From: Nannocystis bainbridge
GTDB lineage: Bacteria > Myxococcota_A > Polyangia > Nannocystales > Nannocystaceae
Assembly (NCBI RefSeq): GCF_028368995.1
Contig: NZ_JAQNDL010000002.1
Location: forward strand, 288,001-352,000
Direction of reading: 5' to 3'
DNA: 64,000 nt
The first letter of the stretch is position 1, and every line of letters begins with the position of its first letter. The notes below the pieces were generated by a model. That model made no database searches, was not told the origin of the DNA, and was given only the letters and a program-made list of their open reading frames with translations. This document shows, one piece after another, positions 56,796 to 64,000 of this stretch. Both the position numbers and the translations under genes were made by a program.

Positions 56796-57914
56796 ATGTT
56801 GAGAATCTGCTCCTTGAAAATTGTTCAATCGTATTTGCCCGTGGCCGTGATGTCGCTGCTCGCCGGCGGATGTCCGGATTCGGGCAACCCCGGCAGCGCG
56901 TCGGCGACCGAGACCTCGACCGGGACCGGGACCGCGACCGATCCGACCACCGGCAACGTGGGGCCGACGACGACGACGCAGTCGACCGACGATCCGACCG
57001 GCGGCACCAGCACGGTCGGGACCGAGGGCACCGGGGTGACGACGACCGAGGGGACCTCGACGACGACGCAGGGGGTCGACACCACGACCTCGGACACGAC
57101 GACGAGCACCAGCGAGCCGGGGACCACGACCTCGACGACCGACGACACCTCGACCGCCGCGTCCGAGACCACGAGCTCGACGACGACCACCGGCGGCGAG
57201 ACGACCGAGACGACCGGCGAGCCGGCCAGCGACATCGAGATCGTGATCACGGCCGACAACGCCTACGGGTTCGCGTACGGCACCGACGACAACATCTCGA
57301 TGTACTGGGGCGGGATCGAGAACACCACCGCCGGGCAGATCTTCAACTGCGGCGAGGGGCCCGAGAAGTACGTGGTGCCGGCCGCGGAGGCCGACAGCGC
57401 CAGCTTCCTCTACATCATCGCCTGGGCCGACTCGTCGGTGACGCAGGGCGTGCTGGCCCGGTTCCGCCGCAAGGACGGCGGCGGGGTGTTCGGCGAGGAC
57501 GTGTTCACCGGCACGAAGGGCTGGGAGGTGTGCGCGACCGGGGTCGACTACCAGCCGGGCAGCGGCGGGCCGAGCCTGCAGGTCATCAACGATCACATCG
57601 TCAAGTGTAACCAGGGCGTGCTCGATCCCAACACGACCAGCGTCGGCTGGGTCGACGAGGTCGGGACCCAGTACGGCGCGGTGGCGTTCGGCGAGGACAA
57701 CACGACGCCGTACAACGGCGGGCCGATGGTGGGCAACGAGTTCCCGCTGGTGTGTCCGATGGACATGCCGGCCGAGGCGAAATGGATGTGGTTCGACTGG
57801 GGCAACGTGCAGCCGCCGCAGAGCCCGTTCATGTGGCCGGGCGGCAACGGCAACCCCGATCACCAGTACTTGATCTTCCGCTTCGCGGCGGAGCTGGTGC
57901 CGATCCCGATGTGA
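56796..57914 (+). CDS. Lipoprotein with long Thr/Ser linker and beta-sandwich/lectin-like domain
   Basis: Lipobox AGGC; ITADNAY; AKWMW. Confidence 0.8.
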   Translation: MLRICSLKIVQSYLPVAVMSLLAGGCPDSGNPGSASATETSTGTGTATDPTTGNVGPTTTTQSTDDPTGGTSTVGTEGTGVTTTEGTSTTTQGVDTTTSDTTTSTSEPGTTTSTTDDTSTAASETTSSTTTTGGETTETTGEPASDIEIVITADNAYGFAYGTDDNISMYWGGIENTTAGQIFNCGEGPEKYVVPAAEADSASFLYIIAWADSSVTQGVLARFRRKDGGGVFGEDVFTGTKGWEVCATGVDYQPGSGGPSLQVINDHIVKCNQGVLDPNTTSVGWVDEVGTQYGAVAFGEDNTTPYNGGPMVGNEFPLVCPMDMPAEAKWMWFDWGNVQPPQSPFMWPGGNGNPDHQYLIFRFAAELVPIPM

Positions 57915-58224
57915 GCCGGTCGTCGGATGTCCGCAAGGACAGGTCTGTGGGGCCCGGAATGCGGGGCGACCCGGAGCTGTCCGAAAGGACATAGAGGCGA
58001 TTGGCAGGAGCTGGGGACATGTCCTGCGGGACATGTCCTTCGAAGCCGAGGATTCACCGCGCGGGTCCGGCACGCGTGACAGGGCGCACGGGCTCCGGCG
58101 TCGGGCCGCGCCGCCGGCGGACGTTGCGAGGGCGGGTCGGATTGACTATACCGTGAGCACGTCTGGCGGACGCAAAGTGCCCCCAATCGCCGCTGCGCGA
58201 CCGGGTAACCCCGAGGGAGGACAC

Positions 58225-58869
58225 ATGAAGACCACCGACGTCGTTCGAGGCTATGATTTGTGGGCGTCCACGTACGACCGCATCGACAACCCGCTGGTTG
58301 CGATGACGGCAGTGGCGATGCGGCGCTGGCACCCGACGGGGCGCCGCGTGCTGGAGCTCGGATGCGGGACGGGGCGCAACGCGCCGTTCCTGCTCGAGCG
58401 CGGGTTCGAGGCGTACGTCGGCGTCGACGTGTCGCCGGGGATGCTGGCCGAGGCGGCGCGGCGCGTGCCCGACCCGCGGGCGCGCTTCGTCGAGCGCGAC
58501 GCGGCCGAGGCGCTGGAGCTGGGCGATTTCGACGGGGCGCTGCTGAGCCTCGTGCTCGAGCACGCCGAGGACGTGGCGCCGCTGCTGGCCTCGGCGGCGC
58601 GGGCGGTGCGATCGGGCGGCTGGCTGCACATCTTCGAGATCCACCCGCGCTGGCGGGCCGACGGCGGGCGCGCGCACTTTCAGCACGAGGGCGAGGACCT
58701 GTTCCTGCCGAGCTACCTGCACGACGTCGCGGCGATCCAGGCGGCGATGGGCGACGACTGGACGCTGGTGTCGGCGACCGACTGGTACGCCGATCCGGCC
58801 GCCAGCGCGAAGCTGGCCCGCCGCCGCGGCCAGCCAGTGCTGCTCGAGGTGACGGCGGTGCGCGCGTAG
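58225..58869 (+). CDS. Class I SAM-dependent methyltransferase
   Basis: RBS GGAGG; GYDLWASTYD, VLELGCGTGR, GVDVSPGML and SLVLEH. Confidence 0.9.
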   Translation: MKTTDVVRGYDLWASTYDRIDNPLVAMTAVAMRRWHPTGRRVLELGCGTGRNAPFLLERGFEAYVGVDVSPGMLAEAARRVPDPRARFVERDAAEALELGDFDGALLSLVLEHAEDVAPLLASAARAVRSGGWLHIFEIHPRWRADGGRAHFQHEGEDLFLPSYLHDVAAIQAAMGDDWTLVSATDWYADPAASAKLARRRGQPVLLEVTAVRA

Positions 58870-58939
58870 GCGCGCCCGGGAGATGTCCCGAGAGACATGT
58901 GGGTCGATCGCCGGCCCGCGCGCGGGTATCGTCGCCGTC

Positions 58940-59929
58940 GTGACGGGACGAGGCGCGCGGGCGGCGATCGTGGCGATGGGCGTGGCGCTGCTGGGCACGA
59001 GCCCGGAGGCGGCCGCGGACGCGGTGATCTACGACGACGAGAGCCTCGTGGAGGTGCCGACCGAGATCGTGGTGCGCGGGGTCGATGCGCTCGGTGACGT
59101 GATGCTCGTGGTGTATCCGTACCCGTGCGTGCTGGGCGGCGCGATCACGCGGTTGGAGAAGGCGCTGGCGAGCGACCCGGACGCGAAGATCGAGGGATCG
59201 CCGGAGGAGGAAGAGGGTCGCGGTTACCACGTGGTCCGCGAGGGCGCGGCGTTCGCGAGCCTCAGCAATTACGAGGGGCCGTACAACCTCTGCTATTTCT
59301 TCGGCCTGCCGCGCGCGGCCTTCCCCGAGCAGGACGGGGCGATCGCACGGCTCGAGGAGCTGTCCGACGGGGGCCGCTGGCGGCTGTTCTCGCGCGACCC
59401 CGCGGTGCTGCGGACCGGGGTGCCGCTGGCGATGGCGGGGCTGAAGAAATCGCCGGGGGCTCCGCGCTCGCGGGTGGTGTCGTACGCGGCGCGACTGGTC
59501 GACGGGGTGCTGAAGATCGAGGCGACCGAGTGGGCGTGGACGACGAAGAAGAACGGCCGTGTGCGGCGCGAGGACCCGCGCAAGCTGTCGCGCGAGGCGC
59601 TGCTCGCGGTCGAGCCGCACGACGAGCTCGATCTGGTCGAGGAGCAGCCGTGGTTCGCGGGGTCGCTGGCCCAGGTGGCGGATACGACAGGTCCTGAAGG
59701 ACATGTTGAAAAGGACAGCCTCGATACGAAGGCCGCGGCGGGACCGGCGGTCGCGAGTGGGCCCGCCGTGAAGGCGAGCGCGAGCCCGGGGCCGGTCGCG
59801 GGACCCGGGCAGATCGAGCCGGCGCGGGCGCAGCCGTCGCCTGGCTGGTGGGACAGCCGGCTGTGGTACGGCGGGGCGTGCTTGCTGGTGGCGCTGGGCG
59901 CGGGGCTGGTGCTGCGGCGAGGGCGTTGA
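58940..59929 (+). CDS. Hypothetical exported protein with C-terminal TM anchor
   Basis: Signal ending AAAD; Pro/Ala linker; LLVALGAGLVLRRGR tail. Confidence 0.7.
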   Translation: MTGRGARAAIVAMGVALLGTSPEAAADAVIYDDESLVEVPTEIVVRGVDALGDVMLVVYPYPCVLGGAITRLEKALASDPDAKIEGSPEEEEGRGYHVVREGAAFASLSNYEGPYNLCYFFGLPRAAFPEQDGAIARLEELSDGGRWRLFSRDPAVLRTGVPLAMAGLKKSPGAPRSRVVSYAARLVDGVLKIEATEWAWTTKKNGRVRREDPRKLSREALLAVEPHDELDLVEEQPWFAGSLAQVADTTGPEGHVEKDSLDTKAAAGPAVASGPAVKASASPGPVAGPGQIEPARAQPSPGWWDSRLWYGGACLLVALGAGLVLRRGR

Positions 59930-59937
59930 GGGCGGCG

Positions 59938-60612
59938 TCAGGCCTGCGAGCGATCGGGGACGCGCACGCCGTCGACGACGATGTCGGCGAGCACATCGGC
60001 GAACTGCTCGACGCTCAGGCCCTGGCGCAGCGGGTCGTCGCGCACGAGCGGGGCGAAGCGGGTGAGCGCCTGCAGGACGACGAAGCGAGCGTGGCGCTCC
60101 TCGGCGGTCCAGGTCGCCGGGGCGACGGCGGCGTCGAGGAGGTGACCGATGAAGCCGCCGGCGTCGGCCATCGCCGCCGCGAAGCGCTCGGGCATGGCCT
60201 CGATCAGGGCGGCGAGCATGTCGGGATCGCTGGCAGAGGCGCGGGTCAGCAGCGGCGAGGCGGCGACCATGAGGATCGAGGCGCGCACCCACTGCCGCAG
60301 GCGATCACGCGGGGCCAGGTCCGGCGCGTCGAAGCCGTCGAGCACGGCGAACAACCGCAGCTTCTCGAGCGCGCAGGCGACGTAGAGGACGTCGAGCTTG
60401 GTGGCGAAGGAGAGGTAGACGGTGCCCTTGGCGATGCCGGCGGCGCGCGCGATGTCGTCGATGCTGGTCTTGCGATAGCCGTGGGTGACGAACAGCGCGA
60501 TCGCGGCCTCGAGGATCTTGAGGCGCTTCTTGCCCCTGCTGCTCTCGGGGTCGACGTCACCCACCGCTTCCGCGAGGGCGGCGCGCATCTCGGCGAGGGT
60601 CTCGAAATTCAT
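59938..60612 (-). CDS. TetR family regulator
   Basis: ILEAAIALF..HGY..TSIDDIARAAGIAKGTVYLSF.TK. Confidence 0.92.
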   Translation of the reverse strand: MNFETLAEMRAALAEAVGDVDPESSRGKKRLKILEAAIALFVTHGYRKTSIDDIARAAGIAKGTVYLSFATKLDVLYVACALEKLRLFAVLDGFDAPDLAPRDRLRQWVRASILMVAASPLLTRASASDPDMLAALIEAMPERFAAAMADAGGFIGHLLDAAVAPATWTAEERHARFVVLQALTRFAPLVRDDPLRQGLSVEQFADVLADIVVDGVRVPDRSQA

Positions 60613-60614
60613 GT

Positions 60615-60648
60615 ATGACCAGTTTGACAAATCAGGTCATTTAGTCAA
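60615..60648. promoter_or_regulatory. Candidate TetR operator overlapping a TTGACA -35 element
   Basis: ATGACCAGTTTG-a-CAAATCAGGTCAT is an imperfect palindrome in an AT-rich divergent region; TTGACA at 60624-60629. Confidence 0.55.
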
Positions 60649-60741
60649 TATTGGTCTCAAGCCCGCCGGGGAGTCGTTTGGAGCCGATGTCGGCGCGAAT
60701 CCGCGCGCCTGCTCCGCGCACCGCGCAGGGCCCCAGGAGTC

Positions 60742-61425
60742 ATGGCCATGAAGTGGAGTCAGATCCGCGAGCTCAGCCGCATGCAGCGCGAGGGCCGATC
60801 GATCGGCGACATCGCGGCGCTCAAGTTCTCGTACCTGGCGGGGTCGAAGCACGCCGGCAATCACCGCCTTCACACGCTGCCGACGCCCAGCCTCGAGGTC
60901 GACCTGGCCAGGCTGCGGGCGCTGCCCGAGGGCACGGTCGGCCGCGCGCTCGCCCACCAGCTCGACCGCAACAAGCTCGAGCCGCTGGTGATCAGCGACG
61001 AGATGAAGGCGCGCCTGGCCGACAACCCGCTGGCGCTGCGCTACACGACCACGCACGACCTGGTCCACGTGCTGACCGGGTTCCCGACCACGCCGGCCGG
61101 CGAGATCGGGGTGTTCGCGTTCATGATCGGGCAGGGCTTCGGCTCGTCGCGCGCGCTGCTGTGGACCAGCGCGGCGGTGTATGGGCTGCTGATGCCGCTG
61201 CACGTGGCGGGGATCGTTCACAACGTCCGCGTCGGCCTGCGCATGGCCCGGGAGACGCCGCCGATGCTCGAGGCGCGGCTCGAAGACCTGATGGCGGTGC
61301 CGCTGGCAGAGGCGCGCGAGCAGCTCGGCCTGCGCCCGGAGACGATCGCCGCGATCGCGCCGGGGCACGACAGCTGGCTGGCCAAACGGATCCTCGCCCA
61401 GTCGCCGAGCAAGGCGATGGCGTGA
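60742..61425 (+). CDS. Coq4-family protein
   Basis: LPEGTVGR and RY...HDLVHVLTGF....GE (HDxxH-x11-E). Confidence 0.88.
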   Translation: MAMKWSQIRELSRMQREGRSIGDIAALKFSYLAGSKHAGNHRLHTLPTPSLEVDLARLRALPEGTVGRALAHQLDRNKLEPLVISDEMKARLADNPLALRYTTTHDLVHVLTGFPTTPAGEIGVFAFMIGQGFGSSRALLWTSAAVYGLLMPLHVAGIVHNVRVGLRMARETPPMLEARLEDLMAVPLAEAREQLGLRPETIAAIAPGHDSWLAKRILAQSPSKAMA

Positions 61426-61637
61426 GCTGCTTCTGTGACATGTCCTAAGGGACATGTGTGTGTTTGCGAAGCGTGAGGTTGGGCGGCGACATGTCCCGAT
61501 GGACATGTTAAGGTCGAGGTCCGATCTGACCCGGAGGACAGGGGATAGATTCGGGCGCCGGTGGGGTGGCCCGGAGGACAGGTGTCATCGCCGCGACGGC
61601 GGGTGAGTGTCGCAGCATGTCCCGGAGGCCAGGTTCG

Positions 61638-62321
61638 TCAAGCGCCCCGATCGAGGGCGACGTCGAGGAAGGCGTGGCCGTCGCGCTCGAACACGGCGCC
61701 GCTGCGCAGCGCGAGCGGGCGGGCGAAGCCGGGCAGGTCGGTGACGAGGGTGTGGAACTCGCCGTGCTCGCCGCAGGGATCGACGGCGGCCGGCAGACCG
61801 GACAGCAGGGTGCTGTCGAAGCTGCGACCGAGCCATTCGGCCCCCATGCGCGCGAGGTCGACGGCGACGAGGGTCGCTCGCAGGCCACCGGCGATCATCG
61901 CCCGCGCGAGTTCACCGGTGTCCTGGCCCCACAGCGGGAAGACGGCGCGCAAACCTGTCCCTCGGAGCATGTCCTCTCGGTAAGCCCGGATGTCGGCCAG
62001 GAACAGGTCGCCGAACGCGATCGCGTCGATCTGCTCGGCGCGGGCGCGCTCGATCACCGCGCTCATCCGGGCCTGGTAGACGGCGTTGGGGCACGGGTCG
62101 GGCAGCGCGACCTGCCACAGCGGCAGGCCGAGCGCGTCGGCCTGGGCCAGCAAGACTTCGCGCGGAGTGCGGTGCATGACGACCCGGGCGTCGTCCTCGC
62201 GCGTGGTGGTGAGCAGACCGACGAGCTCGACCGCAGGGTCGCGCGCGAGCACGACGCTGGCCCACGCGGAGTCTTTGCCGCCGCTCCAGGCGAGGATCGT
62301 TCGGGCGCGCTTTCGCGGCAT
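61638..62321 (-). CDS. PP-loop ATP pyrophosphatase (diphthine-ammonia ligase/MJ0570-like)
   Basis: WSGGKDS, FGDLFL, FPLW and DPCGEHGEFHT. Confidence 0.9.
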   Translation of the reverse strand: MPRKRARTILAWSGGKDSAWASVVLARDPAVELVGLLTTTREDDARVVMHRTPREVLLAQADALGLPLWQVALPDPCPNAVYQARMSAVIERARAEQIDAIAFGDLFLADIRAYREDMLRGTGLRAVFPLWGQDTGELARAMIAGGLRATLVAVDLARMGAEWLGRSFDSTLLSGLPAAVDPCGEHGEFHTLVTDLPGFARPLALRSGAVFERDGHAFLDVALDRGA

Positions 62322-62380
62322 CACGTCGTTGGTAGCAAAGGATCGCGCGACGCGGGAGGCGGGGCGAGCGGCCGCGCGGC

Positions 62381-62410
62381 TTGACGCCGACGCGCGGGCG
62401 GGCCTACGCT
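62381..62410 (+). promoter_or_regulatory. Putative sigma70-type promoter
   Basis: TTGACG-N18-TACGCT, ending 6 nt before the leader hairpin. Confidence 0.45.
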
Positions 62411-62415
62411 GGCGA

Positions 62416-62478
62416 TGGAGGCTTAGTCCGGGCTTCCTTCTCACTCATTCTAGAAACCAGCTCGGGCGCTTACCTCCA
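62416..62478 (+). ncRNA. Structured leader or Y-RNA-like element upstream of the RING/TROVE-like gene
   Basis: TGGAGG/CCTCCA outer stem, internal loop, GTCCGGGCT/AGCTCGGGC inner stem, and 24-nt pyrimidine-rich loop TCCTTCTCACTCATTCTAGAAACC. Confidence 0.55.
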
Positions 62479-62495
62479 CCTTTTCTCCGCCGCCC

Positions 62496-64000
62496 ATGGG
62501 AGTCACGCACACCGCCACGCGCGAGGCGCTCCTGCGCCGCCAGGGGCTGGTGTTCGTGGCGCCGGGCGCGGCGACCGCGAGCGAGCGGCACCTGCAGGCG
62601 ATCGAGCTCGAGCTGGCGCAGCTCGGGTACGTGATCTCGGTGCGGCTGCGGCAGCGGCTGGCGACGCTGACGCCCGAGGAGCTCGCGCCGCACCCGCGCC
62701 TGGTCGCCGGCGCGCTGGCGGCCCAGTTCGGCGGCAATGTCCCCTACACGCCGCTGTTCCGCCGCTTCCCCGAGGATGTCCCGAAGGACACGCGCGACGT
62801 CTACCTGCACAAGGTGCTGTGTCACTTCCTGCAGACCGAGGGCCAGCCGTGCGTGTTCTGCCGCCGCGTCGGCACGACCCACGTGCTGAGCCCGTGCCTG
62901 CACGTGGTGTGCGACCACTGCTTCGACGGCGCCAACTACAGCGCGTGCCCGGTGTGCGAGCACCACGTCGACCGCAGCTCGCCGTTCTTCAAGCCGGGGC
63001 TGTTCCTGGCGCGCAGCCTGCCGAAGGAGAAGGTCCGCTTCAAGCTGCTCGACCTCGGCGAGGACCTGCCGGCCGCGGCGCGAGAGCTGTTCGAGTCGTT
63101 CTGCGCGCGCACGCAGGTGATGTCGCCGGTCGACGCGACGGACCTCGGAGCGATTGTCGACGATTTCGCCGAGCAGGTGCTGGCGTGGCTGCCGGACAAG
63201 ATCGCGGTGCGTGAGAACGTGGCGCGGATCTTCGGGGCGCTGCTGCGCAAGTGCAACGCGCCGGCCACGTTCGCGATGGCACAGGCGCACCTGGCGACGG
63301 CGACCGACGTGCTGCGCACGCTGGCGGTTTATTCGGGCGCCGATCCGTCGTTGCAGGGCGCGACCGTGAAGCGGCTGGTGGCGCGGCCGAAGGAGGGCGC
63401 GGCCGAACCCAGCGGGCTGGCCGCCCGGATCGAGAAGATCTTCGCCGGCGGCCGGCGACTGCCCAAGGCGGAGACGGTGTCGGTGCCGATCCACGCGTAC
63501 CGCTTCAAGGTGGGGCCGCTGCGCCGGCCGCTGCGGCGGGCGCTGCTGGCCCACCTCGAGGCGATGCACCCCGACGGGCTGGTCGAGGACATGCTGCGCC
63601 ACCGCTCGTACTGGCAGTGGGTCGGCAAGTTCCTGCATCCGCACGAGTTCGCCGAGCAGTTCCCGCAGGTGGCGCGCGCGTTCGCGGTGGTGCGCAAGAA
63701 GGCGCCCGACGGCACGCCGGCGCCGCGGTTCATCGGCTTCCACGCGGCGATCGAGGCGGCGGCGCGGGCCGGCGACGCGCCGGCGATGATCGAGAAGCTG
63801 CGGCAGCGACCGGGCGAGCTCGGGCGCCGCTTCGACCACGCGCTGCGGATCGCGGGCGCCGACGCGGCGGCGCAGGACGTGGTGATCTCGGCGTTCGTCG
63901 CGGCGGCGCCGCGGCTGGCGAACCCGCTGCTGCTGACGTTGCACGGCCACCTGCCGACGCGCGGGCGGCCGGCGGCGGTGCGGCTGTTCTGGCCCAAGGG
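62496..64000 (+). CDS. MXAN_6230/SCO0854-type Prok-RING_4 protein with TROVE-like repeats (3' truncated; absent from ORF track)
   Basis: Translated by hand from ATG 62496: LLRRQG, ELAQLGY, TPLFRRFPEDVP, CVFC...PCLHVVCDHCFDGANYSACPVC, TATDVLR, LHPHE and RPGELGRRFD. I saw no stop before the window edge. Confidence 0.88.
   Translation, partial: MGVTHTATREALLRRQGLVFVAPGAATASERHLQAIELELAQLGYVISVRLRQRLATLTPEELAPHPRLVAGALAAQFGGNVPYTPLFRRFPEDVPKDTRDVYLHKVLCHFLQTEGQPCVFCRRVGTTHVLSPCLHVVCDHCFDGANYSACPVCEHHVDRSSPFFKPGLFLARSLPKEKVRFKLLDLGEDLPAAARELFESFCARTQVMSPVDATDLGAIVDDFAEQVLAWLPDKIAVRENVARIFGALLRKCNAPATFAMAQAHLATATDVLRTLAVYSGADPSLQGATVKRLVARPKEGAAEPSGLAARIEKIFAGGRRLPKAETVSVPIHAYRFKVGPLRRPLRRALLAHLEAMHPDGLVEDMLRHRSYWQWVGKFLHPHEFAEQFPQVARAFAVVRKKAPDGTPAPRFIGFHAAIEAAARAGDAPAMIEKLRQRPGELGRRFDHALRIAGADAAAQDVVISAFVAAAPRLANPLLLTLHGHLPTRGRPAAVRLFWPK

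Noticed and set aside
62416-62478. tRNA or intrinsic terminator interpretation of the leader element
   Set aside because: No cloverleaf or TTCGA T-loop. The large loop and position just after a putative promoter do not fit a simple terminator, although a short T4 run follows.

Overview
A very GC-rich (roughly 72-74% by eye) bacterial window. Thr/Pro-linker lipoproteins, Ser/Thr kinase-FHA signalling and an MXAN_6230/SCO0854-type RING protein suggest a myxobacterium, probably Nannocystaceae-like (inference). It holds about 45 CDSs; I saw no rRNA, tRNA, CRISPR array or transposase. Main modules, in order: (1) lspA divergent from a BlaI/M56 pair, with an operator-like palindrome between them. 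(2) An AraC-linked operon of an aminotransferase-GNAT-pseudo-aminotransferase fusion, a C45 Ntn-hydrolase and a second class-III aminotransferase. (3) A kinase/FHA plus RavA-type MoxR/vWA/TPR-HEAT locus resembling NTP-dependent ternary conflict systems. (4) A small islet with a PD-(D/E)xK nuclease and a DarT-like gene. (5) A divergent radical-SAM cluster with three rSAM domains. (6) A secreted QGFGKD-repeat protein and a GP42-type transglutaminase carrying a Pep-13-like motif. (7) At the right edge, a Prok-RING_4/TROVE-like gene, missing from the ORF track, whose leader folds into a Y-RNA-like hairpin. The strongest unexplained DNA-level signal is the palindrome GGACATGTCC: at least 18 exact copies plus many variants, both intergenic and in-frame within genes. 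All product names come from motifs recognised by eye; no searches were run.
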